DNA from: an uncultured Candidatus Micrarchaeota archaeon
Lineage (GTDB): Archaea; Micrarchaeota; Micrarchaeia; Anstonellales; Bilamarchaeaceae
Assembly: GCA_963714085.1 (NCBI GenBank)
Contig: OY970229.1
Location: 1,120,001 to 1,184,000 of the forward strand
Length of the DNA: 64,000 nt
Direction: 5' to 3'
Below, one piece after another: positions 1 through 8,011 of this stretch. Position numbers and translations under genes: made by a program. Position 1 is the stretch's first letter; the number at the start of each line of letters is the position of its first letter. The notes below the pieces were generated by a model. The model worked only from the letters and a program-made list of their open reading frames with translations. It made no database searches and was not told where the DNA came from.

Positions 1-135
1 GGCATGCTAACAAGGGAGGAGATGGCGCAGGCGCTCGACATGGCTGAGCGCGCGGAATCGAAGATACACGCCGTGCAGGCGGACTCGCTGAAGAGGCACT
101 ACGAGGAGGCCGGCGAGAAGAAATTCCTAATGTGA
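1..135 (+). CDS. rrp41: Exosome subunit Rrp41, C-terminal fragment (runs off window)
   Basis: Frame 1 reads GMLTREEMAQALDMAERAESKIHAVQADSLKRHYEE...stop at 133-135; directly upstream of rrp42 as in the archaeal exosome operon. Confidence 0.8.
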   Translation, partial: GMLTREEMAQALDMAERAESKIHAVQADSLKRHYEEAGEKKFLM

Positions 136-143
136 AGGTGGTC

Positions 144-932
144 ATGATGTCAGATGAACTCAAGGACATGGTTATGTCGCGCATCAGAAAGGACGTGATG
201 CTCGGTACGCTGGCCAAGGGCACCAGATACGACGGCAGGCGGCTGGACGAATTCAGGCCCATATCCGTGCAGAAGGGCGCCCTCACGAGCGCAGACGGCT
301 CGGCGCTGGCATGCATAGGGGGCACGAAGGTGCTGGCCTCGGTCAAGTTCGACGTGGCCACTCCGTTCGCGGACCGGCCGAACGAGGGGGTGCTGATCTC
401 CAACGCGGAGCTGCTCCCCACGGCATCGCCGAGCTTCGAGCCCGGCCCGCCGGACGAGAACTCGATAGAGTTCGCGCGCATAGTGGACAGGGCGGTCAGG
501 AGCGCGGAATGCGTGGACCTCAAGTCCCTCTTCATAAAGGAGGGCAAGGTGATGTCCCTGTTCCTGGACCTCTACGTCATGGACCACACGGGCAATTTCA
601 TAGACGCCGGGACGCTCGCGGCATCCGCGGCTCTGAGCGATGCGAAGTTCCCCAAGCTCGAAGGCGAGAAGATAGTCCGCGGCGAGTACGTGGGGCCGCT
701 AAAGCCCAGGGCGCTGCCCATCTCCACAACCTTGGTGAAGGTCGGGAAGACCTGGCTGGTGGACCCGACGCGCGAGGAGGAGCTGGTGCAGGACTGCAGG
801 ATTACGATCGCAACCACGGAGTCGCACGTATGCGCGATCCAGAAGGGCAAGGGCAGCCTGACGAAGCAGGAGCTGCTGGACAACATCGACATAGCGTTTA
901 AAAGAGGTAGCGAGATAAGAGCAATGCTGTAA
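144..932 (+). CDS. rrp42: Exosome subunit Rrp42 (RNase PH fold)
   Basis: RYDGRRLDEFRPI, ADGSALACIGGTKV, PFADRPNEG, FEPGPPDENSIEFARIVDR motifs; start could be 144 or 147. Confidence 0.95.
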   Translation: MMSDELKDMVMSRIRKDVMLGTLAKGTRYDGRRLDEFRPISVQKGALTSADGSALACIGGTKVLASVKFDVATPFADRPNEGVLISNAELLPTASPSFEPGPPDENSIEFARIVDRAVRSAECVDLKSLFIKEGKVMSLFLDLYVMDHTGNFIDAGTLAASAALSDAKFPKLEGEKIVRGEYVGPLKPRALPISTTLVKVGKTWLVDPTREEELVQDCRITIATTESHVCAIQKGKGSLTKQELLDNIDIAFKRGSEIRAML

Positions 933-937
933 GGTGA

Positions 938-1177
938 ATGGTAATGAGGACGCCTAAATATGGAGCGAGCATCAGGAAGCTGGTGGATGCCGCAGAGAAA
1001 TCCAAGAGGACCCGGTACGAGTGCCCGCGCTGCGGCAAGAAGAAGGTCGCGAGGAAGAGCAACGCGCTCTGGCAGTGCCGCTCGTGCAAGGCCGAGTTCG
1101 CAGGGGGCGCATACACGCTCAACACCGAGACCGGCGAGATAATGCTGCGTCTGGCCAAGGAATACGAGAAGTCGTGA
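938..1177 (+). CDS. rpl37ae: 50S ribosomal protein L37Ae (eL43)
   Basis: PKYGASIRK, CPRCGK...WQCRSC, FAGGAY. Confidence 0.95.
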   Translation: MVMRTPKYGASIRKLVDAAEKSKRTRYECPRCGKKKVARKSNALWQCRSCKAEFAGGAYTLNTETGEIMLRLAKEYEKS

Positions 1178-1186
1178 GGTTGTTAC

Positions 1187-1324
1187 ATGGGAGAATACAA
1201 AGACCTGAAAACCGGCGCAATAGTGGAAATCGACGACGAGAAGAGCTTCCAGTTCCCCTCGTCCGGCGCCAAGATGCTTCTCAAATCCAGGCCGCCCATA
1301 GCCAAGGAGTGCGGCACTGATTAG
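1187..1324 (+). CDS. rpoP: RNA polymerase subunit P (Rpo12), 45 aa, lacking the zinc-ribbon cysteines
   Basis: Not in ORF track; translated by hand as MGEYKDLKTGAIVEIDDEKSFQFPSSGAKMLLKSRPPIAKECGTD. Matches the Rpo12 pattern YK...G...P..G.++L.K.RP; syntenic between rpl37Ae and Brix; GAGGT SD upstream. Confidence 0.8.
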   Translation: MGEYKDLKTGAIVEIDDEKSFQFPSSGAKMLLKSRPPIAKECGTD

Positions 1325-1609
1325 ATGGCGCTACTGACGACCAGCAGATACGCGTCAGATGAGACGCGGAGGGCCGCGCGCGCGCTGGCCGCATCATCAG
1401 GCTCGCGCTTCGTGGCCCGCGGCAAGAAGACCATCGCGGAGCTAGCCGAGTTCGCGAGGCGGAACGGCGACGCGACCATAGGGGTTTTGGAGGAGAGGGG
1501 CGGGAAGCCCGCGTTCATATCATCGATGGAAGTGCTCGGGAGAGGCGGCTGGCGCTGGGCCGGCAGGAAGGAAGTTGGCCATGAAAGCGAAGGGAAGGAT
1601 CGAGGTTGA
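1325..1609 (+). CDS. Short Brix/Imp4-like ribosome biogenesis protein
   Basis: LLTTSRYAS..TRR.AR.LA, RGKKTI.EL, EERGGKP motifs; operon position. Confidence 0.75.
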   Translation: MALLTTSRYASDETRRAARALAASSGSRFVARGKKTIAELAEFARRNGDATIGVLEERGGKPAFISSMEVLGRGGWRWAGRKEVGHESEGKDRG

Positions 1610-1823
1610 GTTCGGTTCCGCGGCTTCGGCGAAATCGGCCGCTGCCGCTCTGGAGGGCGAGAAGGAATTCGGGCGCTCGGCATGCTCTGCCAGGCGTTCG
1701 GGCGCCTCGCTCAGCATAAGCATAGACGCCGAAGACGTGGTCGCGTTCCGGGCCGCTGCCAACAGCCTGCTCCGGAACCTCCAGGTTTTTGAATCTATCG
1801 AGAAGAATAATAATCATGCCTGA
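1581..1823 (+). CDS. pcc1: KEOPS complex subunit Pcc1
   Basis: IEVEFGS...LSISIDAEDVVAFRAAANSLLR; operon position. Confidence 0.85.
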   Translation: MKAKGRIEVEFGSAASAKSAAAALEGEKEFGRSACSARRSGASLSISIDAEDVVAFRAAANSLLRNLQVFESIEKNNNHA

Positions 1824-2193
1824 AACGGGTGCGAATATGAAAAGAGATACCAAGATAGACCAGGACATACTCGAATACGAGAATCTGGAGAAGCAGCTAG
1901 AGGTCGTGCTGATCCAGAAGCACCAGCTACAGCTGCAGCTCAACGAGGTGAAGCACGCGGCCGAGGAGCTCAAGAAGGCCAAGGGCGCCATATACCGCTC
2001 CATAGGGTCCATCATGATGCTCAGCGACAGGACGGAAGCCGAGAAGGAGCTCAAAGACCGGCAGGAGCTGCTAGAGGTCAAGCTCAACGCGCAGGCCAAG
2101 CAGGAGGAGAAGCTCCGCGATTCGGTCATGTCCGCGCAGAAGTCGCTCCAGGAGCGGATGAAGGACTATGGCGCCGCCCAGCCCGGAGGATAA
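1816..2193 (+). CDS. pfdB: Prefoldin beta subunit
   Basis: Coiled coils flanking IYRSIGSIM hairpin; operon position; start 1816 or 1837. Confidence 0.9.
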   Translation: MPETGANMKRDTKIDQDILEYENLEKQLEVVLIQKHQLQLQLNEVKHAAEELKKAKGAIYRSIGSIMMLSDRTEAEKELKDRQELLEVKLNAQAKQEEKLRDSVMSAQKSLQERMKDYGAAQPGG

Positions 2194-3142
2194 AGAGACC
2201 CTCAGGAATTTCCTCTCCGTCCACGGGAAATCCAGGCTGGTGGTGACGTCTCATCGGAAGACGGACGTGGACGGCCTGGCATCCGCCTACGCATTGCATC
2301 GCATCCTGCCCGGATCCATCATAGCCACGGACGAGCTCGACGAGAACGCGAAGGCGCTGATCGAACGGCTTGATATCGAAGTCAGGCCGATCAGGGAGCT
2401 GGACAGGAAGGATTACGCCGGCCTCGTCGTGGTGGACACCGCGGCGTACACGCTGCTCGAGCCCGCGAAGCAATGGAACATACTGCTTATCATAGACCAT
2501 CATCATCCCCAGGGCAGGGACATGAAGGCCGACGCCATCATAGTGGACGACAAGTCCCCGTCCACAGCCGAGATCATCGCCGCCCTGCTCCCTGAGATGG
2601 ACAAGGAGACCGCGTTCGCGCTGGCCTGCGCGGTGATATCCGACACCGCCCGCTTCAAGTCCGGGCGCGCCGAGACGTTCGAGACGCTGGCCAGGCTGAT
2701 GAGGATCTGCGGCGCCACCTATCACGAATTGCTCGAGATAGCCGAGCCCGAGGCGAGGCCGGACGTGAAGATGGCGATATTGAAGGCGTGCCAGCGGGTG
2801 AATGTCGTGTATTCCGGAGGCCTGGTGATTGCCACATCGGAGGTCAGCTCCAACGAATCGGACGCGGCGCAGGTGCTTTCCGAAGCCGCGGACGTGGCGT
2901 TCGTGGCCAGCTGGAAGGACCGCGAGCGCGAGACCCGCATATCCGCCAGGGCCCGCAAGTCGGTCTCCATAGAATTGAACGAAGTCATGAAGGACGTGGG
3001 GATATCTTTGGGGGGGAACGGCGGCGGGCATCCGAAGGCGGCGGGCGCGACGGTCAAGGTGCACACCAAGGAGGCCTTGGACCGATGCCTTGAATCCCTG
3101 ATGGCCAGGCTCGAGAACCCGGGCTGCGCTAGCGAACAGTGA
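2168..3142 (+). CDS. DHH/DHHA1 family phosphoesterase
   Basis: HRKTDVDG, VVVDT, IIDHH, ISDT, GGGHPKAAG motifs. Confidence 0.92.
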   Translation: MAPPSPEDKETLRNFLSVHGKSRLVVTSHRKTDVDGLASAYALHRILPGSIIATDELDENAKALIERLDIEVRPIRELDRKDYAGLVVVDTAAYTLLEPAKQWNILLIIDHHHPQGRDMKADAIIVDDKSPSTAEIIAALLPEMDKETAFALACAVISDTARFKSGRAETFETLARLMRICGATYHELLEIAEPEARPDVKMAILKACQRVNVVYSGGLVIATSEVSSNESDAAQVLSEAADVAFVASWKDRERETRISARARKSVSIELNEVMKDVGISLGGNGGGHPKAAGATVKVHTKEALDRCLESLMARLENPGCASEQ

Positions 3143-4430
3143 TCGTCTCTTCCCTGGCAGGCCCGTAGGAGACGTAGCGTATCGGGATTTTGAGCTCTTT
3201 TTCAACGAATGACAAGTAGTCCTGCATCTCTTTCGGGAGGTCTGCGCGCGTTTTCGTTTTTTTCCAGTCAAAGACCGGCCATCCCTTGAACGCCTTGTAC
3301 ACAGGCTTCATCTTCGCGAGCGCGTTTATGTCCGCGGGGAACTCGATAGTATGTTTCCCTCTCTCATTTTCATAGGCAATGCAGACCTTCAGCTCGTCCA
3401 TCCCGTCCAGGACGTCGAGCTTTATGAGCGCCAGCCCGTCCGTGCCGTTGAGCATCGCGCTGTAGCGCACTACGACGAGGTCGAGCCAGCCGCATCTCCT
3501 GGGCCTTCCGGTGGTGGTGCCGAACTCGCCTCCCTTCTGCCTTATCCTCTCTCCGGTCTCGTCCAGGAGCTCGGTGGGGAACGGGCCCGCTCCCACGCGC
3601 GTGGTGTAAGCCTTTGCAACGCCCACGACATTGCCTATCGCAGAGGGCGGTATGCCGGACCCGGTGCACGCGCCGCCAGCGGTCATATTCGAGGACGTGA
3701 CGTACGGGTAGGTGCCGTGGTCCACGTCGAGAAGCGCGCCCTGCGCGCCTTCGAGCAGCACTTTCTTGCCTTTCGCGAGCGCGCCATTTAGCAGGAAACG
3801 GGTGTCAGCGACATACGGGCGGACGGCTTTTGCCGCGGCGACGGTCTCGTCCGCGATCTTCGCGATATCCAGCACATCCCCTCCGAGCGCTTTGATGATC
3901 GAGTTCTTGACCGTTCCGATGCGCATGACCTTGGCCCGCAGCTCCTTCTCGTCCAGCAGCAGGTCCGCGACGCGCACCGCGGTCACCCTGGCCGCCTTGT
4001 CCGAGTAAGCCGGTCCTATGCCCTTTTTGGTGGTCCCTATGCCGCCCGTCCTCTCCTCCAGCCCGTCGAGCGCGACGTGCCAGGGCATTATGATGTGCGC
4101 GGATTCGCTTATCACCAGGTTCTTCATGGAGTAGCCCGCCGCCTCTATCTCCCCCAGCTCTTTGAGGAGCGTGCTGAGGTTCACGACCACCCCGTTCGCT
4201 ATCACCTTGGTCTTCTCAGGGTAGAAGACGCCGGAGGGCACCAGGTGGAGCTTGAATGTCCTCTCGCCGTGCCTTATGGTATGGCCGGCGTTGTCCCCCC
4301 CGTTGAACCTCACTACGTAATCGTGCTCCTGGGCCAGCATGTCCACTATCTTGCCCTTGGCCTCGTCCCCCCACTGCATCCCCACGACGACCGTGGCCTG
4401 GCTAACCCTCTCCTTTTCCATTGCCATCAA
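3129..4430 (-). CDS. purA: Adenylosuccinate synthetase
   Basis: GMQWGDEAKGK, GGDNAGHT, EGAQG, GTYPYVTSS, GTTTGRPRRCGWLD. Confidence 0.97.
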   Translation of the reverse strand: MMAMEKERVSQATVVVGMQWGDEAKGKIVDMLAQEHDYVVRFNGGDNAGHTIRHGERTFKLHLVPSGVFYPEKTKVIANGVVVNLSTLLKELGEIEAAGYSMKNLVISESAHIIMPWHVALDGLEERTGGIGTTKKGIGPAYSDKAARVTAVRVADLLLDEKELRAKVMRIGTVKNSIIKALGGDVLDIAKIADETVAAAKAVRPYVADTRFLLNGALAKGKKVLLEGAQGALLDVDHGTYPYVTSSNMTAGGACTGSGIPPSAIGNVVGVAKAYTTRVGAGPFPTELLDETGERIRQKGGEFGTTTGRPRRCGWLDLVVVRYSAMLNGTDGLALIKLDVLDGMDELKVCIAYENERGKHTIEFPADINALAKMKPVYKAFKGWPVFDWKKTKTRADLPKEMQDYLSFVEKELKIPIRYVSYGPAREETITVR

Positions 4431-5157
4431 CCAGCCTTATGAATATCTCCCCGAAGAGAGAGTCCTGCCTGATGAGTATGACCTCTTTCTGGGTGAGATG
4501 GAGCACGGACATCAGCGCGTATATGAGCTCGAACCGGTCCTCCCTGTCCTCCAGCAGGCGCGAGAAGAGAGTCCATCCCTCCTCGTCCGTGCTGCCCCGT
4601 ATGCGCGCCATGGTGTGTTCCATCCTCTCCTCAATGTCCACGTCGTTGAGCTTGAGGTTCACTATCTCGTCTATGCCGCCTTTGGGCTTGTGGACGAGCC
4701 GGTCGTCGGATTCGTATTTTATTATGCCCTCCATCTCCTCCACGAGCTCGTCCAGCGTGATCTGGCGCCTCGGGGGTATCCTGGAGGACAGCGTGAGCTG
4801 CGGCACGTCCTCCATAGGCACGCCCGGCTCCTCGCCGACCACGTAGTCGCTCATCTGCTCCTGGTACTGGAGGAGCTTGAGGTATTCGGATTTGTACTTG
4901 AGCAGTATGGCCGCGGCGAGTATGACGTTCGCCTGCACGAGCAGGTCCAGCTCCTGCATCTCACGGACCTTCTTCAGGAAGGCGTCGGAGATCTCGGCGA
5001 TGTCTATGTTCCAGGGGTCCAGGCGACGGCTCTCTATGAGCTCGAGCAGTATGGTCTTCCAGGACGGCTTGGTCACCATGCTGTCTATGTCCAGCCTGTG
5101 GGCGCGCGGTTCCGTTCCCGGGCTGGCTGAGGACGTGACTTCTACAGCGGTCGCCAT
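4402..5157 (-). CDS. scpA: Segregation and condensation protein A (kleisin)
   Basis: LDPWNIDIAEI, ILLKYKSEYL, RQITLDELV, LRQDSLFGEIFI-like C-terminal winged helix. Confidence 0.88.
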   Translation of the reverse strand: MATAVEVTSSASPGTEPRAHRLDIDSMVTKPSWKTILLELIESRRLDPWNIDIAEISDAFLKKVREMQELDLLVQANVILAAAILLKYKSEYLKLLQYQEQMSDYVVGEEPGVPMEDVPQLTLSSRIPPRRQITLDELVEEMEGIIKYESDDRLVHKPKGGIDEIVNLKLNDVDIEERMEHTMARIRGSTDEEGWTLFSRLLEDREDRFELIYALMSVLHLTQKEVILIRQDSLFGEIFIRLVDGNGKGEG

Positions 5158-5236
5158 GTCGTTATATCCGGAGGCGAGCAATAAATATCTATCCTTTTAA
5201 ATTCCCTACATCAATATCTGCCATATTGTTTTTGAG

Positions 5237-6367
5237 ATGGAGGTCATTACAATGGAGATAACGAAGCCGCTTACGCTCGATGGAGAGGAGCATCTGTCCA
5301 AGGCCATAACCGAGCTCATGGAGACCGGGACCGCGGTCCTGGTCACGAAGAACGACAAGTACTTCGGCATAATAGACGACCGGAACCTGCGGCACGGCAT
5401 CGCGGACTCGGCGAAGACGAAATGCGAGAATTGCGTGGTCAAGCCGCCGACCCTGAGCCCTGACACCACGATACTGGAGCAGATAGACGCGTTCCTGCTC
5501 GGCCATTTCAAGGCCCTGCCGGTGATAGACGGCCAGGGCAGGGCCCTCGGGATAACCACGCGCACCGACCTGCTGAAGGCCATGGTGGACGAGGGGCTCG
5601 TGCCGAAGAACAGGATATCGGAGCTCATGAGCTCACCGGTGTACACCATAGACGAAAGCGCGCCGGTGGCCCGGGCCAAGGGCATGATGAAGGAGTACGG
5701 CTGCCACCGACTGGTCGTCACCAAGCAGGGGACCCCGGTGGGCGTGATATCCACGCTGGACCTGGCGTCCTACCTCACGAAGCCGAACACCATCGAGAAG
5801 AAGCCCTACGTGATCAAGGAGGTCGACAGCGGGCTCGCGATGCCCATATCCGGCTATCTGAGGGCGGACGTGACGACCATAGCAGAGCAGTCCACGATAG
5901 ACGAAGCGGCCAAGCGGATGATAGACAAGGGCGTGTCCTCGGTGGTCGTGGTCTCGACGGCGGGCAAGGGGCTCGTCGGAGTGCTCTCGGCCATAGACAT
6001 ATTCAGGAGGATCCAGGAGATCGCCAAGGAGGAGATATCCATGTCGGTCTCGGGCCTCAGCGAGGACAACGTCTGGCAGTTCCCGGAGATAAAGACCAAG
6101 GTCGGCTCCGTGCTCGAGAAGTTCTCCAAATCATTCAACATCAGGAACGTCTCGGTCCACGTCAAGGAGGACAAATCCACGTTCGAGGTCTTCCTATACT
6201 TCGACACCGATGCGGGCCATATCTCGCTCTCGACCGAACGCAAGGCGCTCAAGGAGGCCGTGGACCAGCTTGCAGAGGAGCTTGACGCCGTGCTCTCGAA
6301 AAAGAAAGACAAGAGGTTCACGAAGGCCAGGCGGGTCAATACCGGCCGGGAAGATGAGGTCCTATGA
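5237..6367 (+). CDS. Four-CBS-domain protein with C-terminal HPF/RaiA-like domain
   Basis: Repeated CBS motifs (LPVIDG.GR.LGITTRTDLL, ELMSSPVYTI, LVGVLSAIDI); C-terminal beta-alpha-beta-beta-beta-alpha pattern ending LKEAVDQLAEELDAVLSKKKDK. Confidence 0.8.
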   Translation: MEVITMEITKPLTLDGEEHLSKAITELMETGTAVLVTKNDKYFGIIDDRNLRHGIADSAKTKCENCVVKPPTLSPDTTILEQIDAFLLGHFKALPVIDGQGRALGITTRTDLLKAMVDEGLVPKNRISELMSSPVYTIDESAPVARAKGMMKEYGCHRLVVTKQGTPVGVISTLDLASYLTKPNTIEKKPYVIKEVDSGLAMPISGYLRADVTTIAEQSTIDEAAKRMIDKGVSSVVVVSTAGKGLVGVLSAIDIFRRIQEIAKEEISMSVSGLSEDNVWQFPEIKTKVGSVLEKFSKSFNIRNVSVHVKEDKSTFEVFLYFDTDAGHISLSTERKALKEAVDQLAEELDAVLSKKKDKRFTKARRVNTGREDEVL

Positions 6368-6801
6368 GAAGGGCGCAAGTAGCGACGGAGTTCCTTGTGA
6401 TAATCGTCCTGGTGCTCGTAGTCTTCATACCGCTGCTCGTGTTCGTCTACCTCAAGACCAACGAGGCCAACGCGCAGATAGGCGAATACCAGGCAGAGCT
6501 CGCCGCGCTGAGGCTCGCCTACCTGGCGAACTCCGTAGGCGCCCTGGGCAGCAACACATCCATAATCGCGGAGGTCTACATCCCGCCGGGGGTCTCCGGC
6601 TTCAGCACCCAGACCGTCGGGCACGGCGGCGAGGTTGTGCTAACCCTGCAGACCCCGTCCGGCCCTAACGACGTCGTGGAGATCATCAAGTACCCGATCG
6701 TGAACCCCCAGCCTCTACAGACCCAGCAAGGCTGGGCTAATTTCAACATAACCTCGGTGTACGTGAACGGCGTCGCGGAGATCGACATAGAGCGATCCTG
6801 A
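6364..6801 (+). CDS. Class III signal peptide (type IV pilin-like) protein
   Basis: MRRA/QVATEFL followed by a hydrophobic helix. Confidence 0.8.
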   Translation: MRRAQVATEFLVIIVLVLVVFIPLLVFVYLKTNEANAQIGEYQAELAALRLAYLANSVGALGSNTSIIAEVYIPPGVSGFSTQTVGHGGEVVLTLQTPSGPNDVVEIIKYPIVNPQPLQTQQGWANFNITSVYVNGVAEIDIERS

Positions 6802-6816
6802 GCCGCCTGATGGGGC

Positions 6817-8007
6817 CTACTGCAATTCCCCGTCTTCCATGATGAGCTCGCCCCTGCGCATCACCGAGACCGCCCTGCCTCTCAGCCGCCTTCCCTCGAA
6901 CGGGCTCCATCTGCACTTGGTGAGGAGCTCCGCGCCCTCCACGACCCACTCCTGCTTCATATCGATGAATGTCAAGTCCGCGTCATATCCGGCTGCTATC
7001 CTCCCCTTGCCCTTGAGGTTGAATATCCTCGCCGGATTCTCGGTCATGGCAGGGATCACCCAGTCGATCCCGAGCAGGCCCTTATGGTGAGCATCCAGCA
7101 TGAGGGAGAGGCAGGTCTCAAGGCCCGGGAACCCGCGCGCCCCGGCCTCCTTGTCCTCCATGGTGTGCGGCGCATGGTCCGTGGCTATGCAGTCTATGCG
7201 TTCCAGCGAATGCCAGAGGGTGATGCGCTTCTGCTCGCTCCGGAGAGGCGGATAGACGGTTCCCATTGGCCCGAGCCTTTTGGCGTCCTTATCAGACAGG
7301 AAAAGGTAGTGCGGCGCGACCTCGCAGGTCGCCTTTTGTGCCTTCTTGAACAGCGTGATCTCGTGGGGCGTGGACACGTGGGCCAGGTGCACCCTCCGGC
7401 CGTGCTTCTGGGCCAGGAGCGCCGCGTACCTCTCGTTCGCGTAGCTGTTCTCGAGGTTCTTTTTTTCGTCGGGGGAATCGTCCGACGCGTGTACGACAAT
7501 GGGCCGCTCATGGTCGAACTGCGAGAAATGCCTATCCAGGGACTCCTTCTTCAGCAGGAGCCCGCCCGTGGTCTTGCCCATGTACGCCTTGAGCGAGCCC
7601 GGATCCGCCTTCTTCACTTCCTCGAAGTTCGAATCCGTGGTCCCGAAATGGAACCGCACGTCGCATAGGGCTTTCTTCCCCGCGAGCCTCCTCTTCTCCT
7701 CGAGCCGCTCCGCGGTGATGGTGGGAGGGTCGTTGTTCGGCATGTCCATGACCGTGGTGAAGCCCCCTGCCACGGCGGCCGCTGTTCCTGTCCTGAAATC
7801 CTCCTTGTACTCCGCGCCCGGCTCGCGCAGGTGGACGTGGGGATCTATGAGGCCGGGCACCACGAGCAGCCCGGACGCGTCTATGGGCTTGGCGCCGTCG
7901 GAGAGCCCCGAACCCACCTTCTTGATCCTCCCGTCCTCTATGAGTATGTCGGCCTCCCTGAAGTCGCCTTCCAGAAAAACCCTGCCGCCCCTGACAACGG
8001 GTGACAT
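6817..8007 (-). CDS. pyrC: Dihydroorotase
   Basis: PGLIDPHVHLREPG, GGFTTVMDMPN, ATDHAPH. Confidence 0.92.
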   Translation of the reverse strand: MSPVVRGGRVFLEGDFREADILIEDGRIKKVGSGLSDGAKPIDASGLLVVPGLIDPHVHLREPGAEYKEDFRTGTAAAVAGGFTTVMDMPNNDPPTITAERLEEKRRLAGKKALCDVRFHFGTTDSNFEEVKKADPGSLKAYMGKTTGGLLLKKESLDRHFSQFDHERPIVVHASDDSPDEKKNLENSYANERYAALLAQKHGRRVHLAHVSTPHEITLFKKAQKATCEVAPHYLFLSDKDAKRLGPMGTVYPPLRSEQKRITLWHSLERIDCIATDHAPHTMEDKEAGARGFPGLETCLSLMLDAHHKGLLGIDWVIPAMTENPARIFNLKGKGRIAAGYDADLTFIDMKQEWVVEGAELLTKCRWSPFEGRRLRGRAVSVMRRGELIMEDGELQ

Positions 8008-8011
8008 GGGC

